Assembly (NCBI RefSeq): GCF_006345805.1
Contig: NC_043017.1
Location: forward strand, 10,478,001 to 10,542,000
Reading direction: 5' to 3'
DNA: 64,000 nt
Source: Octopus sinensis
Taxonomy: Eukaryota
Below the pieces are notes generated by a model. The model saw nothing but the letters and a program-made list of their open reading frames with translations. It had not been told where the DNA came from and made no database searches. Shown here in pieces: positions 1 through 12,240 of this stretch. A program made the translations under genes and the position numbers. How positions within the stretch are numbered: position 1 is the stretch's first letter; every line of letters starts with the position of its first letter.

Positions 1-37
1 TTCCGAGTGTGCACCTGTAAAAAAAAAAGGAAAAGGG
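1..37 (-). other. Candidate splice acceptor and start of an exon running off the left edge
   Basis: Minus strand reads CCCTTTTCCTTTTTTTTTTACAG|GTGCACACTCGGAA: long polypyrimidine tract, AG ending at 15, exon 14-1. In phase 1 it reads G-A-H-S-E. Only 14 exon nt are visible. Confidence 0.4.
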
Positions 38-40
38 CTT

Positions 41-258
41 TTGCCCTGTTGTTCAGGCATCCATGGTCTTTGTGGGGTTTTCTACAAGGACCTTAAAACA
101 CCTCCCCTATTGGGAGTTTTAATTTGTTCAATTTTTATTGTTATTACATTGTGTACACACGTAAACCCATTGTATCGTCCCATTTTTGTTCTTTATGTTA
201 TTGTATGTCTTTTAATGTTTTGTATGTGAGTCCTTGTGACTAATGAAAGAATAAATTA

Positions 259-308
<50 letters not shown>
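41..308 (+). mobile_element. 3' end of a non-LTR retrotransposon-like element with (ATT)n tail
   Basis: T-rich 3'-UTR-like sequence ending GTCCTTGTGACTAATGAAAGAATAAA then (ATT)n. The terminal motif resembles the SINE-B 3' end and the 40.3-kb tails. Confidence 0.5.
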
Positions 309-309
<1 letters not shown>

Positions 310-404
310 TGCAGAGGTTCACTTTGCCTTTCAATACAATACAGTATCAGTCAAATACTGGGGTCGACTTTCCCCCTCTTAAAAATGCTGGCCTTGTCCC
401 AAGT

Positions 405-590
405 AACCCATCCCGCTCAAAAGATCCCTGAATAAGTGTTGTTTAAGGATGTTGAAAGAAACAGCCATGTTTCCAGAGGTGAATTATTCAAACCCCAAAG
501 AATTCCTATGTTGAGAGGAATTCTTTGGGGTTTGAATAATTCACCTCTGGAAACATGGCTGTTTCTTTCAACATCCTTAAACAACCCTAT
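405..590. repeat. Family D fragment rearranged as a perfect fold-back (70-bp arms)
   Basis: 438-507 is the exact reverse complement of 516-585, with an 8-nt loop. Sequence matches family D copies at 46941-47347 and 53003-53470. Confidence 0.9.
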
Positions 591-613
591 ATGCCTTCAT
601 GGCTATGATGCTC

Positions 614-645
<32 letters not shown>

Positions 646-1030
646 GCAAGGAGTGGCTGTGTGGTAAGTAGCTTGCTAACCAACCACATGGTTCCGGGTT
701 CAGTCCCACTGCGTGGCACCTTGGGCAAGTGTCTTCTGCTATAGCCCCGGGCCGACCAATGCCTTGTGAGTGGATTTGGTAGACGGAAACTGAAAGAAAC
801 CTGTCGTATATATGTATATATATATATATGTGTGTGTGTTTGTCCCCCTAGCATTGCTTGACAACCGATGCTGGTGTGTTTACGTCCCTATCACTTAGTG
901 GTTCGGCAAAAGAGACCGATAGAATAAGTACTGGGCTTACAAAAGAATAAGTCCCGGGGTCGATTTGCTCGACTAAAGGCCGTGCTCCAGCATGGCCGCA
1001 GTCAAATGACTGAAACAAGTAAAAAAAAAA
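646..1030 (+). mobile_element. SINE family A (tRNA-derived head, internal (TA)/(TG) tract), full length
   Basis: A-box-like TGGCTGTGTGG, B-box-like GGTTCAGTCCC, then GGCACCTTGGGCAAGTGTCTT. Near-identical copies at 5447-5856, 20911-21302 and 44135-44385. Confidence 0.9.
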
Positions 1031-1583
1031 AGAGAATGTATTTTGCATCTCGCTAATAAGTTAAAAAACAAAAAAAAGTCAAAACCAACAAATCATCCAT
1101 TTTTTTTTTTTCCATAGAGAACTGGTAAGCAGTCTGGCTGGCTGGCTGGCTGGCTGGATGGTGGGTTGGTTGCATGTCGATTAACAACAACAACAACAAC
1201 GGGGGGGGGGGGACTTTCAGGCAGGGGGTGGAAAAAATATGAGAAGAAAGATAGCATGGTGGACACCGTGAGCGGGGGGGGGGGGGTTAGAGAGGGGATA
1301 AGAGAGATGGAAGTAGGGAGGGGGGGTGCGAAATGACAATGAGGACAGGGACGAGGGGATTCAGAAGGAATAGAGAAGCTCTGCTAGTAGTCTACCCCCA
1401 CCCACCACCCACCCACCAACACCACCACCATTACCATTACCACAGGTAGCAGAAATGAGGGCTGATAGCGATGGTGGTGGTGGTGGTGGTAGATGACAGT
1501 GCACGAGAGAGGGCGGGGAGGGGGATGAGAATCAAAATGTGACACTTGCTGTCAAACATGACAAAATATCTGTTTACACATAC

Positions 1584-1623
<40 letters not shown>

Positions 1624-2008
1624 CAGCAGCAGCAGTAGTAGTAGTAGTGGTGGTGGTGGAGGTGGTGGTGGTTGGTGTAGCTGTGACTGTTATAGATCCA
1701 CCTGTCACAAGCTTGTCGTTAGTACAGTGATTGCATATACACACACACAGATATATATATATATATACACACATGAATATACAAACATATAATATACATA
1801 GATGCATGTATGTGTGTTTGTGTGTAGTGTAGATAGAAAGAGATGGATAGATTGATAGACGAAGAGAGAGAGAGAGCCATGTGTTTGTGAGGTTCTGCTT
1901 CTCTATACATACATACATATATATACACCTATTATAGCTAGAGAGGTCTGCAGATACACGAGTGTGTGTTTGCATATATGTGTATATATACATGTATGTG
2001 TGTGTGTG

Positions 2009-2100
<92 letters not shown>

Positions 2101-2596
2101 GTGAGCGAGACAAGAGAGACAAAAAAATATATATCGAATAAACAAACACACACACACACAATGCTTATAAATTCACAAAGATTGAAATAATATAACAATA
2201 ATTGTTTTTAAATATTAATATAATATCGGTGTGTGTGCATCACGTAAACATGACTATTTCTACATTTTAGCAATTTTTTTCCATGGCAACTTACACAATT
2301 TAATAAGTACCCCAAAGTTTTGGACACACGTATACACATACCACCATTGCCATCAACTTACACCTGCTATCTGGACTGGCAATGATTGGATGGATCATCC
2401 ACTATCTAATTTATCTGTTAACGAGAGCTGCTACTACCACAGATTTGGCATTCATACATTCCATTTAGCTTGGTCTCTACAGCCAGATCCCCTTCTTACT
2501 GCCAACCACTTTAAAGAATGTACAGCAAGCATTTCCATTTCCTTGTGGCACTGACCCTAGGGAAGTGGAATAGTCCTTGGTGAGCCAGACCTATAT

Positions 2597-2829
2597 ATTT
2601 CTTTACTACCTACAAGGGGCTAAACACAGAGGGGACAAACAAGGACAGGCAAACGGATTAAGTTGATTATATCGACCCCAGTGCGTAACTGGTACTTTAT
2701 TTATCGACCCCGAAAGGATGAAAGGCAAAGTTGACCTCGGCGGAATTTGAACTCAGAACGTAACAGCATACGAAATACGGCTACGCATTTCGCCCGGCAT
2801 GATAACGTTTCTGCCAGCTCGCCGCCTTC
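2597..2829 (-). mobile_element. SINE family B with 16-bp TSD
   Basis: tRNA-like head (TGGCAGAAACG; GAGTTCAAATTCC), central TCATCCTTTCGGGGTCGATAAA...CTGGGGTCGAT block, 3' TAAAGAAATA. TSD TGAGCCAGACCTATAT at 2581-2596 and 2830-2845. Confidence 0.92.
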
Positions 2830-2905
2830 TGAGCCAGACCTATATGGACTTCACAAGTCCATTTGCTGTGCATTTGTCAACCGTTTTTCCATGTGTGTGT
2901 GTGTA

Positions 2906-3040
2906 TCTCACATGGTTCTGGGTTCAGTCCTACTGCATGGTACCTTGGACAAGTGTCTTCAACTATAACCTTGGGCCAAACAAAACCTTGTGGGTGGATT
3001 TAGTAGACAGAAACTGAAAGAAGCCTGGTGCATGTGTGTA
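2906..3040 (+). mobile_element. SINE family A fragment
   Basis: Diverged match to the family A B-box and core. Other old fragments lie at 8697-8860, 9250-9400, 11862-12005, 26936-27090 and 56880-57020 (+), and 6180-6297 (-). Confidence 0.7.
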
Positions 3041-3054
3041 TACATATATAAATA

Positions 3055-3267
3055 CAAGGCAGTGCTAAAAAGTTCCTGGCTTAGTGTAAAAGAAAATACA
3101 GGAGGATCAGTTATGATTTTATTCAATATATTTCCATCTCAGATTCACACACTTAATGCAGCAGTCCTTCAGTTTTTCGAAGCCCTATTAAAGAACTTGA
3201 AAGTTTTGGCCTCCAACCAGGTCTTTCATGATAGCCTTAAAGCCAAGAACTTTTCAGCACCCCCTCG
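3055..3267. mobile_element. Mariner-type MITE
   Basis: TIRs related to CGAGGGGGTGCTGAAAAGTTCCTGGCTTT at both ends, with TA on the left flank. Related copies at 39505-39692 and a partial at 55161-55290. Confidence 0.8.
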
Positions 3268-4090
3268 TGTATGTGTGTGTGTGTGGGGGGGGGGGTGTAT
3301 TGCAAAGGCAATGAAAAAATAAAAAGACAGAAAAAAAAACAATACAAGAAGGGCAAGTTTTAACAAATATTAGATTAGCCTAATGCTGGGAGAAGATTCT
3401 CAAAATTTTGGATATTATGTCTTTCATGAGAAGAACAGCAGCAGAGCAGAGAGAAGGAAAAAGCGGACAAGGAAAAGTGTAATGATGGTTGCTTCTGACA
3501 AGACCTTATGGAGGTGCCTGAGGACTCTACCCCCAACAACCTTCCCAGAAATAGTGGGTGGTGACGATCGATGGATCAATCGATGACATGCCATTAAGGA
3601 AAAAGACAGGATTAATGTCTGGAAAGAAGAAGCCAATCATTGACAAACGTTTCTCCTTGAATAAGCAACATCAACATCAAAATTATCTACCTTATCCTAC
3701 CTTAATTCCAGTAGCCAAGGGACTAACACACACACATTGAGAGCGAGAGAGAGTGACTATCATTTTATATTGTCTTCCCTCTCACTGAAAGAGAGAACAC
3801 CACCTAGTGACACCTAATTCTTTGTAGATGACCCATTCAAGTACTGTATCTTATGTTCCAAGCTCTAAATTCTAGAAGCAACCTGGATGCAGGGTGACAA
3901 TGCTACTGACTGGAGGAGGGAGGTATCTGGTTCTGACCACACAGTAAGAGGGTCAATGAACTCACATCGCTGTAATCCATCCAACTGAGAGAGACAAGAG
4001 AGGGAGTCTGGTGACAAGTTTCAATGTTGGGGGTCCAAAGGGGCATTCACATATGTGTGTATTATATCATATATATCTTATATTATAATA

Positions 4091-4273
4091 ATCCTTTCTA
4101 TTATAGGCACAAAGCCTTAAATTTGGGGGAAGGGGATAGTTGATTATATCGACCCCCGAAAGGATGAAAAGCAAGTTGACCTCAGTGGAATCTGAACACA
4201 GAACATAGAGATGGGTGAAATACTCTAAGCATTTCGCCAGGCATGTTAACGGCACTGCCAACTCGCTGCCTTA
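4091..4273 (-). mobile_element. SINE family B, alternative-tail subfamily
   Basis: Family B head and core with an ATCCTTTCTA.TATAGGCACAAGGCC tail. Same subtype at 14660-14872, 22498-22703, 52759-52970 and 60735-60912. Confidence 0.8.
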
Positions 4274-5022
4274 TCTTATAATAATAATTACATCATATAT
4301 AATATGCAGGGTTGCTTTTGTGCTACTGGTAACAAGTAACCCAGTACAACTTGTAGCATGGTCGGACCATTGGTGACTGAACCAGCAACCCCCACCCAAG
4401 CTTGCTCAGTGAGGAGAGTGATTTTTGGACATCCTGCAGGATGTGAAGCAAGGGTTGTGAAAGGGTGGAAGAACTCGGGAGAGTCAATGACCACACAATA
4501 TAGTCTAGGATAGATGGTGTTGACCAGTTATGATCTTTTGATCCATAGAGTATATTGGCCAGGATACTGGGGTAGGTGGCCAGAGCCGTTTAGCCAGCAT
4601 ACTAACCATATGCTGTTGCCACCCCCAGCACCACGGTGAGGAGAACGGTTGGGCTTTAGTGAAGATAATTCATCCAAGAGATGGAAATCTCTGAAAAAAC
4701 CATTCCGCAAAGATTTGCAGCCAACCAATTCTATTTTGCATGGGAAAAATGACGACATGAAAATGTTATGGTTTCCTCTGCAGATGACTGATGAGACACA
4801 TAAGCATGGGGGACTCCTGTGCCCCAGTCTTCATTTGCTCTAGATAAACAAAGCTTTTTGGAATCAGGATGATCCCAGCATTGAAAATCTGACCGTCATT
4901 TTGTTCTTCAACATCCAGTATTGGGATCGGGTCTGGATGAGGATTTGTTATATGCTAACAGTTGAAGATACAAATTTTTAAAGAACTCCGAGAATTTGTG
5001 AACTTACAAGTTTTTCATTTAA

Positions 5023-5242
5023 CCCTTTAGTGTTTAAACCGGCCATACCCGGCCAAAATATTCTACCTATTTTATGTTCAAACTAGTCAGATATGGTCAT
5101 TCATAGCTACCTTATTGTGCCATTTTAAAAATAAACAATCACATCATTGAAATCTCAAAGCCATGAAATGATGCAAGATTAATTTTACATGGTGTGAATA
5201 CATAAGATTTACATTTGACAGAATAATCTGAATGCTAAAGGG
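5023..5242. mobile_element. piggyBac-type MITE (TTAA TSD)
   Basis: TTAA|CCCTTTAG...CTAAAGGG|TTAA. Siblings at 10860-11081 and 49191-49409; truncated copies at 12303-12497 and 43978-44105. Confidence 0.88.
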
Positions 5243-5446
5243 TTAAACTAAATTTAAAGTAATGTATTGGTAAGGTACCAATAAATGCTTTAGTGTTGGG
5301 CTGCACGATGATTCTGTAGATAGGGTTAAAATCCAAGCTGTGTGTTCTTGAAGCCCATCTGCTTACACCAGTGTTCCAAATCTGTATGTAGGTGTTATAT
5401 TTGAGAAAGGTATGCATGCATCAGATCAGAAAATAATTACACATAG

Positions 5447-5856
5447 TCACAGGAGTGGCTGTGTGGTAAGTAGCTTGTTTACCAACCACATGGTTCCGGG
5501 TTCAGTCCCACTGCTTGGCACCTTAGGCAAGTGTCTTCTACTATAGTCTCGGGCCGACCAAAGCCTTGTGAGTGGATTTGGTAGACGGAAACTGAAAGAA
5601 GCCCGTCATATATATGTATATATATGCGTGCGTGTGTTTGTGTGTCTGTGTTTGTCCCCTTAGCATTGCTTGACAACCGATGCTGGTGTGTTTATGTCCC
5701 TGTTACTTAGCGGTTCTGCAAAAGAGACCGATAGAATAAGTACTGGGCTTACAAAAGAATAAGTCCCGGGGTCGAGTTGCTCGATTAAAGGCAGTGCTCC
5801 AGCATGGCCGCAGTCAAATGACTGAAACAAGTAAAAGAGAGTAAAGAGTAAAGAGA
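5447..5856 (+). mobile_element. SINE family A, full length
   Basis: Colinear with 646-1030 over its whole length. Confidence 0.9.
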
Positions 5857-5879
5857 GAGGTCACACACATTTAGAAATC

Positions 5880-6130
5880 ATCACCACCACCACCACCACC
5901 ACCACTTTAACATTTACTTTTCCATGCTTGCATGGATCAGTGTACTGAGGCAGATTTTCTATGTCTGGATGCCCTTCCTGTCACCAACCCTCACCTCTTT
6001 CCAAGCAAAGTAATATTTCCCCACAGCCAGACATGTTTTCGCAGCATATTGGAAATGAACGACACTGCTTGTATGACAGTGACACTCATTTACAACTATC
6101 ACATGATGTCAAGGCAAGGAGACACAAACA
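5880..6130 (-). mobile_element. Family C' ((GAT)n-tailed SINE-like repeat)
   Basis: Contains GGATGCCCTTCCTGTCACCAA. Highly similar inverted copy at 12025-12272 and a more diverged copy at 43205-43400. Confidence 0.8.
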
Positions 6131-6429
6131 TACACGCACTCACACATCTATACCAACATACACATATAAGGTATATACACTGGGCTTTTTTTCAGTTTCT
6201 GTCTGCCAAATCCGTTCACAAGGATTTGGTTGGCCCAGGGACTGAACCAGAACCATGTGGCTGCAAAGCAAACTCCTTACTACAGAACCACGCCTGCATC
6301 CGGGAAGCAAGCTTCTTGTGTGTTAATATACACAAATTCACACACACATATATATGCATATATACATATATATATACATATACGCATATATATATACATA
6401 TATATACATATACATATATATACATATAT

Positions 6430-6460
<31 letters not shown>

Positions 6461-6690
6461 CACATATATACACACACACACACACATATATATATACACA
6501 TATATATACATATATATACACATATATATATACACATACATACACACATAAATATATATATATATATATACATATACCTATAGATGATGAATTCACCAGG
6601 AGTGCTACAGCACAAGTTCTGTAAAAGTCACCTGTTGTCATAAAATAAATCAATATACGCTCTACTTGATGAATTGAGTACTTTAGTGCA

Positions 6691-6917
6691 CAGCAATCCC
6701 TTGACTACCACAGGTGTTACGTTCCAAAGCCACCCCCCCCCGCGATAGGTGAAAATCCGTGAAGTAGAAACAGTACTGTATTGTATATTTTTTAAAATTC
6801 TTTTTTATAATTTGCATATATTTAAATTATTATAAATGCAAAACACCTCGGAGGCATCGACGTAAGCTTGAATAATAAACTGCGATAGGTGAACCGCGAT
6901 ATGGCGAGGGATTACTG
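6691..6917. mobile_element. Tigger/pogo-like MITE
   Basis: Imperfect TIRs CAGCAATCCCTTGACTACC / GCGATATGGCGAGGGATTACTG followed by TA. Confidence 0.7.
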
Positions 6918-7050
6918 TATACATAAAGATATATATATGCATACACGCACACACACATATATATATTAGAGAGAGAAATATACAAACAAACATACATGCG
7001 CAAATACACATTCATACATATAAATGCATGCATTAAAATGTGCATACAAC

Positions 7051-7086
<36 letters not shown>

Positions 7087-7302
7087 TGATTATGGGGAAT
7101 GCCCTTGGTAGTGGAGCAACAATGGTCAGGGTTATTTATGAGAATACTACTAAGAGTGGACGTGGCTGTGGTAGTAGTAAGAGCAATGGTGATAGCTGAG
7201 GTTGAGGTGGTGGTGATGGTGGTGGTGGTGTTGGTGGTGTTGGTGGTGGTGGTGGTGGTAGCAGTTGTCCACAGAGGGTATTGCATGAATAATGAGGATA
7301 AT

Positions 7303-7565
7303 GATGGCAGTGATGGTGCGGTGGTTGTGGTGGTGGTGGTGGTGGGGGTGATGGCAGTGATGGTGCGGTGGTTGTGGTGGTGGGGGGGGGGGGTGATGGC
7401 AGTGATGGTGCGGTGGTTGTGGTGGTGGTGGGGGGGGGTGATGGCAGTGATGGTGCGGTGGTTGTGGTGGTGGTGGTGGTGGGGGGGGGGGGTGGGGTGA
7501 TGGCAGTGATGGTGCGGTGGTTGTGGTGGTGGTGGTGGGGGGGGGGGGGGGGTTGATGGCAGTGA
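7303..7565. repeat. G-rich minisatellite, 5 full units plus 1 partial (45-59 bp)
   Basis: GATGGCAGTGATGGTGCGGTGGTTGTGG(TGG)n(G)n units start at 7303, 7350, 7395, 7440, 7499 and 7555. Confidence 0.9.
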
Positions 7566-8032
7566 TGACAGCATCTTGTTTATGAGATGATGACAATCAG
7601 AACTGTCAATACAAATAACAATCAACATCGACACTGCAAAAATGACAGCACAGATGATGATGATGATGATGAGGATGCTGATAAAAATGATGGTGATGGT
7701 GATGAAGACAGCAGTGGTGGTGGTGGTGGTGGTAGCGATGATATTGGAGGCTGTTGTGGCAACAACACATATTCATAACAAAAGTGATGATAGCAGTGGT
7801 TATGATGATGATGATGATGCTGACAAAGGTGATGATGATGATGATGATGATGGTGATGAGCAGGAGAAGGAAGTTGTCGGATAGAAAACAGCTGTGCAAA
7901 AGCAGGTTGCAACACATGTAGCCATGACAACAGCAGGTCTGACACAGCAGATGTCTGTGAAGAGTTGTTAAATGTCACTAAGTTCCCATGGTAACAGCAT
8001 CCATGTATACACACACACACACACACATAGAT

Positions 8033-8069
<37 letters not shown>

Positions 8070-8457
8070 AAGAGAGGGGGAAGAGAGAGAGAGAAATAGT
8101 ATATAAGGAGTTTGTCTAAGAAGATAGTGTGAATGTATGAGGAGTTTATTTGAGGAGAAACTATATCTTCCATATCAGGAATTGATGCCTAAAGAGAGAC
8201 AGACAGACAGAAATCGCTTATAAAATTGATGTGAGCGTGCACACAAATGCACACACACATGTTTACAAGCTTGTTTATATACACTCATATGCATATGTAT
8301 TATATACTACATAGAGAGATAAAGAGATGTACACACAGATGCATAGTCATGCCGTCATACATACATGGAATAAAGCTCTGCTAGTGGTGCACTTGGGTGC
8401 TTGTATATCTGTTTGTATACTGAATTGTTGGATTTATGTCTATATACACACTGATAG

Positions 8458-8507
<50 letters not shown>

Positions 8508-9404
8508 TGACAAACACATGAATAATGCATACGCACAGACAGACATGCATGAAATAGACCCGTGCTAGCAGCAGAACTGCGTGTGTGGTATGGATCTGTG
8601 TTGACATTCAACATAAGAACTCCATTAAAGGAAGCAGCATAGAACAAGACATTACCTTGATAATGCTTAAATGTCTGCCTAATTTCCACGACACAAATCG
8701 CGGTTGTGTGGTTCAGAAGTTTGCTTCCTAGCCAGAGGGTTTTCGGCTTCAATTCCCCCCATGCAGCACTTTGCTTTAATGTCTTCCATCTTAGCCTGGA
8801 GTTGACCAAAATCTTGCGAACGAAATTTGCTAGATGGAATCTCGTACAGAAGCCCATCAGGTGTTCCAAAGTGTAATAGCAAGAGATGACATGATCGTTG
8901 ATTCAAATGCAAAAATATACTTTGGGCTATTTGGTTCCTGCCTTTCCAAACGATAATTTTGCCTTTGATCTTTGTGTAGTCAATAAATGAATTGAGATAC
9001 CAATGTGTGCCAGGGTTGACGATATAGATTTTTAGATCCTTAAAGGTTGCACTCCAGAATGACCACAATCCTATGATAGAAACCAGTGAAAAGGAAAAGA
9101 ATAGAATATGTAGACAAACACATTTGGCCCTGTAAGATTTAAGGGGCTTCGACAGAGCATTAGCAGTACTAGAAATAAAGATGCCTAGAAAAACGGGTAC
9201 AGAGATCAACAACACTTTTGGGCCAGAAGGATTTTGAAGGTTGGGACAGACCAGTAGCAAAGCTTGTCCTGCAATCATGTGGTTCCAGTTTCAGTCCCAC
9301 TGTGTGGTACCTCGAGTGTCTTCTATAGCCCAAAACTGACAAATGTCTTGTGAGAGAATTTGGCAGATGGAAACTGTGTGGAAACTTGTCATACACAAAT
9401 ACCT

Positions 9405-9440
<36 letters not shown>

Positions 9441-10329
9441 ATGCACACACAATCATTTTGCTAGACAATTGATGGTCACAAAATAATAATTCATCAATAC
9501 ACCTCTAACCAAATAATTATGCACTAGTCACTAATTATAGTACGCAGCTCATGTAGCAAACCATCGTGGTCCATTTATGTTAAAAGCTCTACTTTATCCA
9601 GGGTTGATACAGGTAGGTGTTTAACACTTTCACTAACACACTCAGCTCTCTCTTACCTTCAATAGCCACAGCTAAAGCTAACTTTAAGCTAAATTAGCAG
9701 AGGAAGTCTCAAAATGTTGTTGGTATTGCTAACGAACAAGTGCAGTGTAAATACTGCACATAAACCCATGATATACACAACATCACCTCTAATTATGAAA
9801 TGATCTTGACTGGCAGCCACAGGAATTTCAAGTTCCCTCTCTTTATCTGGATTAAAGGAGGTGTCAGACAATCAGTTGCCAGAAAATCAGTGTTGCACCT
9901 GTATCACAGCAAAAGAATTTAGTCCCACATTCTCCTGTATTTGTGACCAAACCCTTGTTTACTCATTTCGATATCGACCAGCCTAAAATCACCAACAATC
10001 AACAGCGTAATATTATCACGCAAAGGACCACCAGGGGCCCGTGGATCCCAGGTTGGGAACCACTGGTTTACAACTTGGGATGTAAAATGAGGACTATTCA
10101 CATACATGCGCATGGAATAAATCTTATTTTTCTTACTTTTTTTGTTAAACAACAGGGCATGTGATTTGACAGACATTTGGCTGCTATTTCTACTGGGTTG
10201 GTGACCTGCTTAGAGGGCTCACTCGTTATAGCTCATAATAACAGCTATCATTTATAGCTTCATCTACTTTGGAAATGATTTAATTCATAACTCTCAAACT
10301 TTCTAAATTCTTACGATATTAACAATATA

Positions 10330-10575
10330 CATGTAAAAGCATCATCCGTTCGTGGCCGTTTGCCAGCTCCGTCTGGCACCTGTGCGGGTGGCACGTAAAA
10401 AGCACCCACTACACTCACGGAGTGGTTGGCGTTAGGAAGGGCATCCAGCCGTAGAAACACTGCCAGATCAGATTGGGCCTGATGCAGCCTTCTGGCTTCA
10501 CAGACCCCAGTTGAACCGTCCAACCCATGCTAGCATGGAAAGTAGACGCAAAATGATGATGATGATGATGATGAT
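10330..10575 (+). mobile_element. Family C ((GAT)n-tailed SINE-like repeat)
   Basis: GGTGGCACGTAAAAAGCACC...GGCGTTAGGAAGGGCATCCAGCCGTAGAAAC...AACCCATGCTAGCATGGAAA then (GAT)n. Other copies: 24475-24690 (-), 44966-45430 (-), 54183-54468 (+), 58383-58600 (-), 61190-61370 (-), 62380-62555 (+), 63775-63990 (+). Confidence 0.85.
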
Positions 10576-10859
10576 ACGTATGTACATATGTTGTGGAAAT
10601 CAGCTGCCCTCGGGACACCAAAGTGGTTAGAAAAATACAAGAGAAAGAGAACATCTATGAACCATTGATAAGGAATTCGCAAATCCAGAACCCAAGAAAC
10701 ACAATTTCATACCTATTGGAGCAACAGGTTACATAGCAACCTGTCTGGGGCATGGCTGAACTTAGGATCTTTGGGAGAGAACACAAATCCTTAATTCATT
10801 ACAATACAAATGACCACCAGAGCATGGAAAATAAAAATCTGCAAAACCTTAAAATTTAA

Positions 10860-11081
10860 CCCTTTAGCATTTAAACCAGCCATATCCGGCCAAAACTATT
10901 CTGCTTGTTTTATGTTCAAACTGGCCAGATCTGGTCTCTCAGATCAGCCCCTACAATATCATCTTAAAAATTAACAGCTACCTCATCAAAATCTCATAGC
11001 TACAAGATGATGCATGATTAGTTCAAAACAATGTGGATTAAAAAGCATTAATTTTAGCAGAATAATGTGAACCCTAAAGGG
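10860..11081. mobile_element. piggyBac-type MITE (TTAA TSD)
   Basis: TTAA-flanked CCCTTTAG TIRs, colinear with 5023-5242. Confidence 0.88.
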
Positions 11082-12024
11082 TTAAAGGATGATGGTTAAA
11101 AGAAGATACTTTCCTTCACAGCCTGGCTACCAAGTAGGAGGCTGGTCAAAATTTATTCTAAATTAAAAAGAGAAAGAGAACACACACACGGATATAATTT
11201 GTTTTTGGAATAGGTTAAGAAACCCTTTGGAATGGGCTAAAAAGTCGAAAACAGTCTTTGATTTTTTTGTATCGCAATATTTCTCTTTTTAACCCAATAT
11301 TTCCATTGTAGTACTGCTGCATTTCGTTGCCAAATAAAAACACAGACTATATATTAGTTCTTCACTTGCTTATTATTGTTCTTATTCTATGTCCATTATC
11401 TGGAAATCTTTTGTCACACATCTGTGTCCTCTTCAGCGACCCTCCATCCCACATGTCTCCTCCCATATTATTTATAGTTTTATCTGCATCAAGATTCACT
11501 GTTCCAAAAAAAAAAAAGAATTATTTCACGTTCTCCAAGTTTATAAATTCTTATCACATCAATACAAACACACACACACCTATAGTTTCACCTTTAATGG
11601 CTTATTCAATCAGCCGTTAAAGGTGAAACTTGAGGTCCTAGATAAATCAATATTATCAATACATATAGTCCCAGCATCATTGGTTTTCAGTAAGATGACC
11701 AAGATACTGATTAATACATACATACACACATATATATATACACATACATATATATATATACAATACACACATGTATATACACACACATATATAAACATAT
11801 CCATAGACAGGCATGTGCATGTGTGTATGTATATATATTTGGACAGGTAGATACACATAGACAGGTGCAGGTGGACTTGTGGTTAAGAAGCTTGCTTACC
11901 AACCATGAGGTTTTGAGTTCAGTCACACTGTGTACCACCTTGGGTAAATCCAGCTAAAGTCTTGTGATTGGATTTGGTATAAGGGAAACTGAATGAAGCC
12001 TATTGTTTATACATGTGTGTGCAT

Positions 12025-12240
12025 GTGTCTTGACATCATGTGATAGTTGTAAATGAGTGTCACTGTCATACAAGCAGTGTCGTTCATTTCCAATATGCTG
12101 CGAAAACATGTCTGGTTGTGGGGAAATATTACCTTGCTTGGAAAGAGGTGAGGTTTGGTGACAGGAAGGGCATCCGGCCATAGAAAATCTACCTCAGTAC
12201 ACTGTCTGATCCATGCAAGCATAGAAAAGTGAAAGTTCAA

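Noticed and set aside
646-720. tRNA genes at SINE heads (also 38914, 41701, 58829)
   Set aside because: A and B boxes are present, but no complete cloverleaf is evident and each continues into a repeated SINE body.
4290-4940. LINE 5'-UTR-like unique sequence (also 3400-3660, 8870-9260 and 54470-54660)
   Set aside because: Composition suggests decayed retroelement sequence, but I could not recognise a diagnostic protein motif. The CTGATGA at ~4786 has no downstream GAAA or stem III.
8679-9278. 199-aa minus-strand ORF
   Set aside because: It runs from one SINE-A fragment into another, starts at a non-ATG codon and has no recognisable domain or splice signals.
9657-9982. Minus-strand segment with acceptor (TTTTAG) and donor (GAAG|GTAAGA)
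   Set aside because: Stops occur in all three frames from either candidate acceptor. It could only be a non-coding or poison exon, and there is no further support.
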